A stretch of 64,000 nt of DNA from an uncultured virus (IMG/VR IMGVR_UViG_3300044612_002689) (IMGVR_UViG_3300044612_002689); one strand, 5' to 3'. Shown: positions 31,115 through 41,495, numbered from the stretch's first letter. The notes: generated by a model not told the origin, from the sequence alone. Program-made: numbers and translations.

Positions 31115-32593
31115 ATGAACCTACAAGAATCCATAAGAAGAATATTAAAAGAGGAAATGGAACCAGGTATTTTTATTGAGGTCATCGAAAGGATGTTGGA
31201 ACACTTCAAAAAAAAAGATTGTATATGCGATATAAGAGTTTCTTTTGATGTTGAAGATCCTGATTACAACATTTATTTAGTTTTTAGTCAAGAAGAACTA
31301 CATGATAAGTTTTTAAATTTATACCGAATTAGAAGTTATATTCAAGAAATGCGGGATGAGGTTAAAATGCAATTAGAGGTATTTCTACCTATACGAAATA
31401 TTTTTGTTGGTTATTACACAAAACCAAATTGTGAATGGAGTCCATTAAATGAATCAAAAGGAAAAAAAGAAGATTACTTTCTCAAATTAATCAATGATTT
31501 AATTCAAAGAGTCAAATCCACTAACAATAACATTTGTGACATGTGGGTTGAATATAATTCTGAAGATGGTGACTACGAAATTAGATCTTCTTCACCAATT
31601 AGATACTACCAACTTCATGATTCTGGTCTAAGTGATGTATTAGCATTAATAGATAATACAATTAGTTCCTGGGGTTTAAATGTTTATGTGTTTGCCCCTT
31701 ATTATGTTAAGAAGTGTGGAGAAGAAATTAAATATATAAATGAGTCAAAATTGTCCGGAAATACAAATTTACAAAAAAATTTAATTAAAGGTATAATTAA
31801 TTCTTATGACGTTTCTGATTGCAAACATTTTTGTGGGGTTGATATAATAACTCCTGAAGAAAGAGATGACCAATATTATTATTCGAATAAAGATAAAATT
31901 CCATATTTGGTTAAAGTTTATTTTGTTGGTGGACCAAACTCAGAAGTATGGCCAAGAACTCAAAGAATACTCTATAAAGAATTAGATTTAATGAATAACT
32001 TGCTCAAAACCATTAAATTGTTTGTACCATTTAATACTGAAATTGTAAGATCATATGTTAATTCTTGCGGTGGGTATGACTGGTTAATGAATAGAAAATA
32101 CACAACGGACGATCTTCAAGAATCCATAAAAAGAGTATTGAGGGAAGAAACTGAAGACACCAGTCTTAGAGATACGATATTACGCTCGATCAAATCCATA
32201 GGGGTTGAATTAACTACAAAAGCGGTAGGTGGATTTAAAAACTTATGTAAAATATTAAACATAAATTCACCAATGGATTACCTACACTTATTTGACGATC
32301 TAAAAATTATTCCACTTTCAGAAACGGAATTAAGTTGGGAGTTTGATGATGATCCTGATGTGATTTGTTATGGGTATAATCCCGATAACATTATATTCAT
32401 ACATTTTACAATAAATTATAACTATTTGATCGATATAAAAAGTGAATGTAGAATTAGTTATGAGGAAATATGGAAAATCCTAGCACAAGAATTCGAACTT
32501 ACTCTCAAAGAAATAAAAGAACTTACAAAGGAATGGTTAAATTCCGTGTATGATTTACAGGTGACCAATACAGATAATGACAGTGATTTATAA
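31115..32593 (+). CDS. Multi-module MNLQE protein
   Basis: Repeated IC-D/..C..NES modules; C-terminal domain paralogous to 38880..39275. Confidence 0.7.
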   Translation: MNLQESIRRILKEEMEPGIFIEVIERMLEHFKKKDCICDIRVSFDVEDPDYNIYLVFSQEELHDKFLNLYRIRSYIQEMRDEVKMQLEVFLPIRNIFVGYYTKPNCEWSPLNESKGKKEDYFLKLINDLIQRVKSTNNNICDMWVEYNSEDGDYEIRSSSPIRYYQLHDSGLSDVLALIDNTISSWGLNVYVFAPYYVKKCGEEIKYINESKLSGNTNLQKNLIKGIINSYDVSDCKHFCGVDIITPEERDDQYYYSNKDKIPYLVKVYFVGGPNSEVWPRTQRILYKELDLMNNLLKTIKLFVPFNTEIVRSYVNSCGGYDWLMNRKYTTDDLQESIKRVLREETEDTSLRDTILRSIKSIGVELTTKAVGGFKNLCKILNINSPMDYLHLFDDLKIIPLSETELSWEFDDDPDVICYGYNPDNIIFIHFTINYNYLIDIKSECRISYEEIWKILAQEFELTLKEIKELTKEWLNSVYDLQVTNTDNDSDL

Positions 32594-32609
32594 TAGATAT
32601 TTATAAGAA

Positions 32610-33095
32610 ATGAACCTACAAGAATCCATAAGAAGAATATTAAGGGAGGAACTAAATGAAAATGATTTAATCGTTTATCACGGGACATCAGAAAAACACG
32701 AATTTAACAAAGAAGGTTTAATGTTTAATGGGACATTTTTTTCAATTAGTGAAAATGAAGCAAAATCATATGGGGAATACATTTATAGAGTTTTTTTAAG
32801 AAGAAATTTGAACTTAATTGATACCAATCTATTGAAAGATTGTGAATTAATAATTGACGAGTTTGGAACTTTGATTGACCCATATTACGATGAAGATGAA
32901 GATGATTATTATATAACAGAACCTGAACAATTGTATTACAACTCTGATAGTTGGTCGGCAATTGAAGCGAATGACGATGTAATGGAATGGTTAGAAGGTA
33001 ATTATGATGGTGTTTGGATATATGAAGGTGGGGTAAGAAACTTATTATTATTTAAACCAATAAAAGAAAAGATAGAACGCATTGAACTTATATGA
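32610..33095 (+). CDS. Putative ADP-ribosyltransferase-fold protein (ART-PolyVal-like)
   Basis: VYHGTS..F...GTFFS....AKSYG..IYRVFL...YDGV. Confidence 0.6.
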   Translation: MNLQESIRRILREELNENDLIVYHGTSEKHEFNKEGLMFNGTFFSISENEAKSYGEYIYRVFLRRNLNLIDTNLLKDCELIIDEFGTLIDPYYDEDEDDYYITEPEQLYYNSDSWSAIEANDDVMEWLEGNYDGVWIYEGGVRNLLLFKPIKEKIERIELI

Positions 33096-33569
33096 ACCTA
33101 CAAGAATCCATCAAAAGAATATTAAGGGAAAATTCACTTAAGAATAATTTGAGGGAATTGATTGGTACTGTAGGTATTAAAAAAGCATCACTTGCTGTTA
33201 ATGGGGTCAGTAGATTAATTAGTTTAATAGATCTAAATGATGAAGAAATTAATTATTTTATTTATCAATACCTTACAGAACAGTTTTATCCGGATTATGG
33301 TTGGAGCGACATTTACGATTTTTATAAAGTAGAATTAGAACAATATGGTATATATGATTTTCTAATTGATGATTCACCAGCATACTCATATCTTGGAGAA
33401 TGGGATGGGTATGAATATTTGCATACCTTATCAATAAGTAGGGGGGTTATAAATGAACTGACAACATTATTTGGTGATAAATGGATCCCAATATTTAAAA
33501 CATGGTTTGAGGATAACTCAGGTCTTCTTGTTAGAGAAATAGATTTAGAAAATAGATATAATACTTTTT

Positions 33570-33659
33570 AAGAGTATAAGATCAAATCATTCGGTTCATG
33601 GTCCTTCACTCGTTTCACTTCGTTAAGGAATTCACCTCACAATTTAATCTTATACTCTT
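33570..33659. repeat. Nested inverted-repeat element
   Basis: 13-bp IR AAGAGTATAAGAT/ATCTTATACTCTT around an inner TCCTT/AAGGA stem with TTCACTCGTT/TTCACTTCGTT. Confidence 0.65.
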
Positions 33660-33702
33660 GTCTATTAATTAAATTTTGTTTATACTTTTAAAAAATATAT
33701 AT

Positions 33703-34335
33703 ATGGATCACTTATTAAATGCGTTAGAGTGGAGATACGCCACAAAGAAAATGAATGGGGAAAAAATCCCTCAGGATAAATTAGATACAATTCTAAAAGC
33801 AACCAAACTGGCACCAAGTTCTTATGGACTTACACCTTACCATGTTATTGTTGTCGAAGATCAATCACTTAAAGAACAACTACAAGGAGCATGTTATGGT
33901 CAAACTCAGTTGGTAGATTCTTCTTGTGTTCTTGTATTTGCTACCTGGGATGACATTACAGATAGTTCTGTGGATACTTACATGAATGAGGTTGCAAGTC
34001 AAAGAGAAATACCGGTAGAATCATTAAATGAGTTTTCAAACATGATTAAAGGTACAATATCTTCTATGAACAATGAACAAAAGATTACCTGGGCTCAAAA
34101 ACAAGCATACATCGGTTTAGGTTTTGCTCTGTCAATGGCAGCATATGAAGGAATTGACTGTACACCTATGGAAGGTTTTAATTCCAGTGAAGTAGATAGA
34201 ATTTTAAATTTACAGGATAATGGTTTAAGATCAGCGGTTGTTTTACCTTTGGGTTACAGAGATAGTGAAAATGATTATTTAACAAATCTTAAGAAGGTTA
34301 GAAGAGATGATGAACTCTTTTTTATTAGAAAATAA
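33703..34335 (+). CDS. Nitroreductase family NAD(P)H oxidoreductase
   Basis: WRYATKK, LAPSSYGL, QAYIGLG, IDCTPMEGF, LGYR, KVRR. Confidence 0.92.
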   Translation: MDHLLNALEWRYATKKMNGEKIPQDKLDTILKATKLAPSSYGLTPYHVIVVEDQSLKEQLQGACYGQTQLVDSSCVLVFATWDDITDSSVDTYMNEVASQREIPVESLNEFSNMIKGTISSMNNEQKITWAQKQAYIGLGFALSMAAYEGIDCTPMEGFNSSEVDRILNLQDNGLRSAVVLPLGYRDSENDYLTNLKKVRRDDELFFIRK

Positions 34336-34357
34336 TTAAAGTAATTTATCTAAATAG

Positions 34358-34382
34358 AAAGACTCCACTGGGGTCTTTTTTT
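34358..34382 (+). terminator. Intrinsic terminator
   Basis: AAAGACTCC-ACT-GGGGTCTTT plus T-run. Confidence 0.7.
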
Positions 34383-35709
34383 GTTTACATATCTATTCAG
34401 AATATGTCCCCCAATTTACCACATATACTTTAAAGAAATGTAATCCCCCCCTTTAAAAAACAATTCCCCCCGGTTAGTAGATGACAAATTAAGAACACAG
34501 TTATGGTATAATGGTAAAAGTGGTTTATTACAAAGTCAAAAGACTGGTAAACCATAAACAATATGGTATTATATTTTGGGGTGGTTAGTGGTGGGGGAAT
34601 TAAAGTATATCCGTATTGTCAGGTTTAACCTGACTAGAATGATATAAAACATAATCCCCACTTTTTACCACCATTAAAAAAAGTGTTCATGAAATGTCAT
34701 TTTTTAGTCAAAAATGAGTTGAAGAAGTTACTAAGTAAGTCATTAAGTTGTCTACTAAATGGATCTAAAATGGGGATTCTAACGTCCTAAAGGACTGTCC
34801 CCCGAGTTTGTACCATAACTGTATAGTTTTCGCTGGAAAACGTATGTAGTAAAAAAGTGGTCATATTACTATCACCAGGGGGGAAAAATTAACTCTTACA
34901 CTATTATAAACGTCAAAAGTGGTAAAAAGTGGGATCATTAAAGTGGGATCTAATTTTAGGTGGGGGATTGTGTCGTGTTTAACGTGTCCCCCAACTCTAC
35001 AGAAAAAATGAAAAAATCATATCTTTATAATAAAAAAATGATTGATTTAATAGACAAATTCACAACTTCTGTAACAAAAAGTGGGAGTACCATAACACTT
35101 ACTTATACAAACGGACCATTAAGTGGGTGGTGTGAGTACAACCAGGTAAGAGTTTCTAACCGGTTAAGACAAGAAGTTTTAATTCTAACCCAAAGTGAGA
35201 TGGGGGATATAATAGAATACCTTAATTTAAATGGGGGGATCTCAAAAGATGATATGACAAAAGTGGAGATGACACTTCGAGATCATAACTTAAAAGTTAT
35301 AACTCAAGATCTTGATCTGTAAGAATGTGTTTTTTAATAAACTTAGATAATCTAGACTCAGGATCTTTTCTTATATAGGACACACACCACATCATAACCC
35401 CAATTAAAAATAGAGTAAGACAGATCACACAAAAAACAATTATTTCAAATATATCAGATAGTTTCTCAATCATAACTTAAATACATCCAGCGAGGTAAAA
35501 CAATATGATCATTATAATAATGGATAATAAATCCTTTTCAAAATTAATCTCTCTACATTCAACCTCCCCATCTCTGGTGTAAGAGTTATATAGAAAATAG
35601 ATGAACATAAAGATCAGTAACAACTTAAATATTAACATAACAACTTTTCTTTAATTTTAAAAATAGTAAATTTAAATATAATAAACAAATATTTATAAAT
35701 TAAAAATTA

Positions 35710-36195
35710 ATGATGGGGGATACAAATCTACAAAATATGTCACAAAGTGGTTTAAAAGTAATTTTAAATCAATTAGTAAATAATATAGAGTTTTCTGATT
35801 TAGAAGATAATTTCGATTACTATTTTTTATATGGGTCCGATAAGGATCAACAAATAACCTCTATGGTTGAATCCATGACCGGACAAAAAATGAGTAGAGA
35901 AGATAGAGAGTTTTTATTTGAATTATTACAGTCATTTATGAACACAGGTGAAATTGTTATTCCTGAAAAGAAATCATATTATGTTTTCATGAGTGAAGAT
36001 CAAGTTGTTAATCAAGAAGTTATTTATCGAACTGAAGTTGAATCTTTTTTAACTGAGAGTGTTCTTAGACAATCAGTATATGAGTACATTTCTAATGGTG
36101 AACTAGATCTATTTGATAGTTCTAATCTATTTCGTGAAAACATTTTAGAAACTGAGTATAATGATTACCATATTGTTAAAGTAACAGAAATATAA
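35710..36195 (+). CDS. Hypothetical protein
   Basis: 161-aa ORF preceded by ATATTTAT. Confidence 0.65.
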   Translation: MMGDTNLQNMSQSGLKVILNQLVNNIEFSDLEDNFDYYFLYGSDKDQQITSMVESMTGQKMSREDREFLFELLQSFMNTGEIVIPEKKSYYVFMSEDQVVNQEVIYRTEVESFLTESVLRQSVYEYISNGELDLFDSSNLFRENILETEYNDYHIVKVTEI

Positions 36196-36234
36196 CTTTA
36201 AACCTGGGGGGACATTGATTTATATTTTTATAAA

Positions 36235-36330
36235 GTAGGTTGGAGTGGTCTCACCCGACCACGCACGTGGGAGTCTACCCTCTGCGACCCCCACTGTTGG
36301 TCGAACCCGTCTCGAATCTAATCACCGACA
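36235..36330 (-). ncRNA. Candidate structured small RNA
   Basis: GC-rich, stems GTGGGGGTC/GACTCCCAC and GTGGTC/GACCAC, directly downstream of a consensus promoter. Confidence 0.5.
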
Positions 36331-36333
36331 ATA

Positions 36334-36365
36334 CAAAGGTACAAACTATATTTGACATCCACAAA
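36334..36365 (-). promoter_or_regulatory. Bacteroidota-type promoter (minus strand)
   Basis: Minus strand TTTG-N20-TACCTTTG. Confidence 0.7.
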
Positions 36366-36670
36366 TATTTTCCCCCCCCTTTTTAATATAAAGTTATTAA
36401 CAATTTATACCAGGGGGGTGTTAGTAAGTTTTATAGTGACCGGGGGGGACCCTATAAGTTTTTTTCTTATATACCCCCCTTTTACCCCGGGGGGATCCCC
36501 CTATATCTACCTACCTGGGGGGAGTCCCCTCCCGTATCCCCCCCATATAGACCAAAATTGGGGGTCAAAACCCCCCTCAATCCCCAATGTAACATATGGT
36601 CAAAAAAATTTCTGGAAAAATTTTTGGGAAAAAATTGACATTCGAAATATTAAATATTATATTAAGTAAC

Positions 36671-37150
36671 ATGTGTGACACAAAAAGATGTAATGTATGT
36701 AATGAGATAAAATGTCGAACTGAATTTTATTTCGATAATAAAGAAAAAACAAAAACTGGTAGTAAGTGTAAAAAATGCTTAAATAGAAAAAAGGAAGAAA
36801 AAAGAATGCGTGATCCAGTACTAAGAATTATAGAATATCAAAAAAGAAGGATCCGTTCGATCTGTAAAAAAAAAGGATTAAAAAAAACCATTAACTTTGA
36901 CAAGATATTTGGAATTGATCGAGATGGATTCAGAATATACATGGAAAGTAAGTTTTATGGTGGAATTACTTGGGAAAACTATAGTAAAAAACAAAAAAAG
37001 TGGGAGGTTGACCACGTAATTGCACTGAAGAATATTCAAACTTTTGAGGACCTTATTAGATTATGTCATTATACAAATATCCAACCTTTATTAATTGAAG
37101 ATCATAAGAATAAAAGTAGGGGTGAATTAAATAAAACCCGTATCTTTTAA
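36671..37150 (+). CDS. HNH-like endonuclease with N-terminal Zn finger
   Basis: KRCNVC..CKKC; TWENY..WEVDHVIAL..CHYTNIQPL; start reassigned. Confidence 0.8.
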   Translation: MCDTKRCNVCNEIKCRTEFYFDNKEKTKTGSKCKKCLNRKKEEKRMRDPVLRIIEYQKRRIRSICKKKGLKKTINFDKIFGIDRDGFRIYMESKFYGGITWENYSKKQKKWEVDHVIALKNIQTFEDLIRLCHYTNIQPLLIEDHKNKSRGELNKTRIF

Positions 37151-37196
37151 CTATAACAACCCCCAACTCATAAATGGGGTCGTCGACCCCACATTT

Positions 37197-37487
37197 CTAA
37201 TAAGATAGGGGTTTTTTATTTTCGATTAATTTATTAATTAATTTAATCTCACCCCTATTGAGAACAATCATACTTTTATTTAATAACCAATTTAAATATT
37301 CAACTGGGGATCTATTAACTTCAATTCCTTTGTACTTCCCCTTATTAAAATAACCCCCATTTAAATTTATAAAATTTGAGTTTGGATCGACCGTGTCTTT
37401 CAACCTAAAGTGTTTTGTGTCTTTTAATTTAACAAGGGTATTATCCATCCACTTTTTTTCTTTAATTGTTATTTTCTTTTTTCCCAT
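37197..37487 (-). CDS. Hypothetical protein with GKYKG..YLNW motif (ExoX C-terminal/DUF3820-like)
   Basis: FNKGKYKG..PVEYLNWLL; upstream minus-strand ATTG-N20-TACATTTG. Confidence 0.5.
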   Translation of the reverse strand: MGKKKITIKEKKWMDNTLVKLKDTKHFRLKDTVDPNSNFINLNGGYFNKGKYKGIEVNRSPVEYLNWLLNKSMIVLNRGEIKLINKLIENKKPLSY

Positions 37488-37643
37488 AAGATATATTGAC
37501 AAATGTAGAAATTAAAAATTATTAAATCAATTTATTTTCCCTGGAAACACGACCCCCCATTTCTAATATACCCCAATATTCAAAAAAAAATTTTGGGAAA
37601 AATTTTAGAAAATGGGAGGTATTTATAACTAAAGAAATATATT

Positions 37644-37991
37644 ATGTATAAATTTAGATTTAAACAATTATTAGAATCAACTCTTGGTAATGTAAAACCA
37701 TTATTAACTGAAGGTGATGACGACACTCCAAAAAAGTGGAAACAGTGGGAAAAAGAAGGATATGAATATAGTCCTGGAACAATACCCCCAAATAAGAATG
37801 ATATGTTTTATGGTCAATTAAGTGTCGTGGCCAGAATAAAACAATCGGGTCAAGAACATTTAAGACAAACAATATATTTGAATGCAGATGAAAAAGGATT
37901 TGATAGAAATGTGGACGGGTTAATGGTTTTTAAAAATTTGGATAATGGAACAATTGAATGTAGGTTTTTAACAAAAGAAAAACTATTCTAA
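37644..37991 (+). CDS. Hypothetical protein, FRFKQLLES leader
   Basis: Leader shared with 44474 and 53910. Confidence 0.7.
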   Translation: MYKFRFKQLLESTLGNVKPLLTEGDDDTPKKWKQWEKEGYEYSPGTIPPNKNDMFYGQLSVVARIKQSGQEHLRQTIYLNADEKGFDRNVDGLMVFKNLDNGTIECRFLTKEKLF

Positions 37992-38010
37992 TAAAACTCA
38001 TATTAATTAT

Positions 38011-38039
38011 AACCCCATCTTCAACAGGTGGGGTTTTTT
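38011..38039 (+). terminator. Intrinsic terminator (near-identical to 44063-44093)
   Basis: AACCCCATCT-TCAAC-AGGTGGGGTT plus T-run. Confidence 0.8.
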
Positions 38040-38092
38040 ATTTGACAATTAATTTATTTAGTTTTATATTTTAATAAAAATATTAAAAACAT

Positions 38093-38548
38093 ATGAAAAC
38101 AATTATTTTACTTTTATCTTTATTCTTTATTTCAAACCTACATGGTCAGTGGGTTTATAAAACTATTACCGATGGATTTGATGATCCATATAAGATTGCT
38201 TATACGGACAATCCAACTGGAGCATTTCTAAAAATGGAAAACGTTGATGGTAATCTTGTATTTTATATTAAAGGGGGGTATTATTGTGATGAGAATCCTA
38301 CGTATGATTTTGTTTTTCAACTTGGAGAACAAGTTTATAAAGTAAGTGGTACCGGTATTAAATCTGAATCGAGTGATATTGTATTTTTTACCCCCAATTT
38401 ATTAAACGAAGAATTTGAAACCGTTGATTGGTTTAAAAAATGTTCCAAATTAAAAATTAGAATCAACGAGTCCTATTGTACCACCGAGTATTACGAATTT
38501 AATATGAGCAAATCATCATCAGCACTTGAATTTATGTCTAAACCTTAA
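38093..38548 (+). CDS. Secreted hypothetical protein
   Basis: Signal peptide MKTIILLLSLFFISNLHG-QW. Confidence 0.7.
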   Translation: MKTIILLLSLFFISNLHGQWVYKTITDGFDDPYKIAYTDNPTGAFLKMENVDGNLVFYIKGGYYCDENPTYDFVFQLGEQVYKVSGTGIKSESSDIVFFTPNLLNEEFETVDWFKKCSKLKIRINESYCTTEYYEFNMSKSSSALEFMSKP

Positions 38549-38879
38549 ATAATTTAAAAAATGAAAATTAAAATCTACGCCCAAGAAACATTCACAACAA
38601 CCGTAACAAGATCGTCTATTGTGATTAACACTGAAGATTATCCGGAATTGGAAGGTATGAATGAAAATGAAATTAGTGATTATATTGATAACAATGTCTG
38701 GGATATGAAACCAACCAGTGATGGTGTTTATTCTTCACTTGGTGAAGAACTTTCAGAAACTGATATTGATTATGACGATATCACTGACGATTCGACAGAA
38801 TTTTATGTTGAAGAAGTTTAATTGAAAACCCCCCTCTTAGTTAGGGGGTTTTTTGTTTTCCAGTATATTTATCATTTAT

Positions 38880-39275
38880 ATGAAATACCTCATTACAGAA
38901 AGTCAGAAAAATAATCTTAAGGTTTTATTAAAACAACTTATAAGATCAAAAGGCATTCAAATTGCTTTTAGTAGTGTGGGTGGAAAGGATAACTTTTTTG
39001 AAATCATGGATATAAATTCACCAATGGAGTTTTTACATTTGTTTGATGACTTGGAGCAAGTTCAAAGTGAAGAAGAACCTGATTGGACTTTATATAGATA
39101 TGAACCAAAACGTAATTTGATGATTTACGAGAGAAAATATGATTATGTTTTCATTAATTACGAAGAAATATGGAAACCTTTACTTGACGTTGGTCTTTTC
39201 AATCCTGACATTAAAGAACTTATAAAAGAGTGGTTGTCTGAGGTTTACAATTTAAGGGGATACACCTCTTTATAG
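38880..39275 (+). CDS. Hypothetical protein, MKYLITESQ leader
   Basis: INSPMEFLHLFDDL..YEEIW..IKELIKEWL shared with the C-terminus of 31115. Confidence 0.7.
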   Translation: MKYLITESQKNNLKVLLKQLIRSKGIQIAFSSVGGKDNFFEIMDINSPMEFLHLFDDLEQVQSEEEPDWTLYRYEPKRNLMIYERKYDYVFINYEEIWKPLLDVGLFNPDIKELIKEWLSEVYNLRGYTSL

Positions 39276-39325
39276 TTCATTTACTTTTTGTTTTATTGAT
39301 ATATTTATAATTGAAATAATTTATT

Positions 39326-40324
39326 ATGAAAAAAATTATAAGACTAACAGAAAGAGATTTAACTCGTATTGTTAAAAGAATCATTAAAGAAAATGATGAT
39401 CAAGAAAATGATGATCAATCTATTATTAAAGAAAAAATAGATAGTTTGAAAAAAACCGAAAATAAATATTATAATATTGACAATGATAACGTTGATCTTG
39501 TTGCCAAAAAATTTGGCAAACTGTTAGCGGTAAGCAAAGAATTTTTTTATCCTGGAATTTACAAAATTAATGAAACGGACGAAGATAATTTTAGAGAGAT
39601 TTGGAATAACATAACAAATGATACGGTTGAAAACGTAAAAATAGTTGAGTTTGATTATTAGAGTTTGTTAATTAACATAAACGGTGGGGTTTTTTTAAAA
39701 GTATATTTATAAATAAAAATTATGAAAAAAATAATTAGACTTACAGAAAGAGATTTAACTCGTATTGTGATGAAAGTTTTAAATGAATCTCCCGATCCTG
39801 AAAAAGACTTCATCTTAACTAAAGATGAAATGACTTGTATGAATGGGTATTTCAAAAAACCATACACTAGATCTGAGTACGGATGGTTAAAGAGTGAAGA
39901 TGGAAAACAAATACATTTTGGTAAAATAGAAAATACCTATCTTAAAAATTATTGTAAGTTTGATATTAATAATAGACCAATAAATTCCAATAAAGAGTTT
40001 GGGAGATTTGATTATAACGATACTACAGGTGTTGTAACTTTAGGCCCCCTTAATAGTTTATTTTAATAAAGGAATATAATTATGAAAAAAATAGTTAGAC
40101 TTACAGAATCAGATTTAACAAGAATTGTTAAACTTGTGATCAATGAAGATGTGGACTCTCTTAAAGGAGATGCCCGTAGAATACTTATGAGACTTGGATA
40201 TAGTCCGACACTACTTAAAGATTATACAAAAGAAGAATTGGCCAAAGCACTTAGACGAGAAAACAAAAAAAGGTTTAGTGTACATGATGAATGGGAAAAC
40301 TTGGCCGATAAATTGCATAAGTAA
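39326..40324 (+). repeat. Three tandem genes with MKKI(I/V)RLTExDLTRIV leader
   Basis: 39326, 39722, 40082 share ~50 nt of 5' sequence and then diverge completely. Confidence 0.85.
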
Positions 40325-40880
40325 TATTTAAATCCCCCACCTCATCAGTGGGGTTTTTTGTTTAACAATTTGTGGTGGTATTTATTATAAAAATATTACT
40401 ATGGAAAAATTGAATTTTAATGAAATGTTAAATAAGTGTTGGGAAACTGCACTTGGAATGACAAAAATGGCAAAACTTTACCAGGGTTCATCACCTCATG
40501 ATCTAAGTTTTATCCATTGTATCTTCAGAGGTAACGATGAATATGCGACAATTATGGTTAACTGTACTTGTGAAGGTAAGATCAGCATTCAAACCGTTGA
40601 TAGTCCATACTTGGATGATCTAGTTATTCATCCACCCCTTCAAATGACACAAGAGGAATCTGAACAATATTTGATTGATGCTGGTTATACCGGTCGTTGG
40701 TCAGTTGTTTTGTTGAGAGCCCCGTTGTATTCGGTTAAGTATCCACCACTTTATATCTATACTGTGGAAAATGTCGGATACATTGCCGTCGATTCAACGG
40801 ACGGAACAAATGTTTTTCAATTATATTAAAATTAACCCCCATAATTGGGGGTTTTTTCTTTTATATCATATTTATCTTAT

Positions 40881-41495
40881 ATGAGAAGAATTACAGAATC
40901 AGAGTTGATTAGACTGGTCAGACGAGTTATTAAAGAAGAAACATCCGGTCATGGGGATTTTATTGAAACCTTGAGATCAAACTTTAATATGTCAGATGAA
41001 TTGGTTGGTTTTGTTAGTGACTTCATCGAAAATTCAAATTGTAATAAAATAGAATTTGCAAAATTTAAGTACGCAGCCTTGGGGGCGTCCCTTCATAATG
41101 GGGTATTAATTAATGATGTGGTTTTACGTGGTTCATTGGAAGTTGCATTGTTTTCAATATTTCATGAGATTGCTCATCAGTACCAATATAAGAAATATGG
41201 TATTGAAAAAATGTATGAATTTTATAACGATGAAATATCGGTTATTGAGACCGCAAAATTTATGAAGGAAGTTGAAACGGTTGCCGATAGTTTTGCATCC
41301 CGAAAAATTAGAGAACTTCAAAAAATGGGTTTGATCAGTAGAAACTTTGTTCCAATTGAAATGTATAAAAATGTTTCCGAATCTCAACTTGCTCATTTTA
41401 TTACTAAAATTAGATCAGAACTAAGGTCCAATAATATTTATTCTCCGGATGATATTAGCGAGTATTATTATAACTTGATGAAAGACCAACTTTAG
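40881..41495 (+). CDS. Putative zinc metallopeptidase with leader
   Basis: MRRITESELIRLVRRVIKEE leader; FHEIAHQYQ..E..AD.FA. Confidence 0.6.
   Translation: MRRITESELIRLVRRVIKEETSGHGDFIETLRSNFNMSDELVGFVSDFIENSNCNKIEFAKFKYAALGASLHNGVLINDVVLRGSLEVALFSIFHEIAHQYQYKKYGIEKMYEFYNDEISVIETAKFMKEVETVADSFASRKIRELQKMGLISRNFVPIEMYKNVSESQLAHFITKIRSELRSNNIYSPDDISEYYYNLMKDQL

Larger units (their letters stand above)
29278..33571 (+). repeat. Tandem array of 7 genes starting with a ~40-bp conserved leader (ATGAACCTACAAGAA..ATAAGAAGAATATTAAGGGAA; MNLQESIRRILREE)
   Basis: Copies at 29278, 30110, 30442, 30792, 31115, 32610, 33092; internal copies near 29683 and 32111; further copies at 26659 and 48824. Confidence 0.9.
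34390..36640. other. Gene-poor region with G/C homopolymers, AAAGTGG motifs and inverted repeats (candidate ori/pac)
   Basis: Sharp drop in coding density; many G5-7/C5-7 runs; 15-bp IR at 34657-34671/34919-34933. Confidence 0.45.

Noticed and set aside
29278..33571. Diversity-generating retroelement or integron as cause of the repeats
   Set aside because: No reverse transcriptase, integrase, TR/VR pair or attC-like sites seen in the window.
36352..36669. Pro/Gly-rich 105-aa ORF
   Set aside because: Product of G/C homopolymer runs with a TTG start; likely non-coding.
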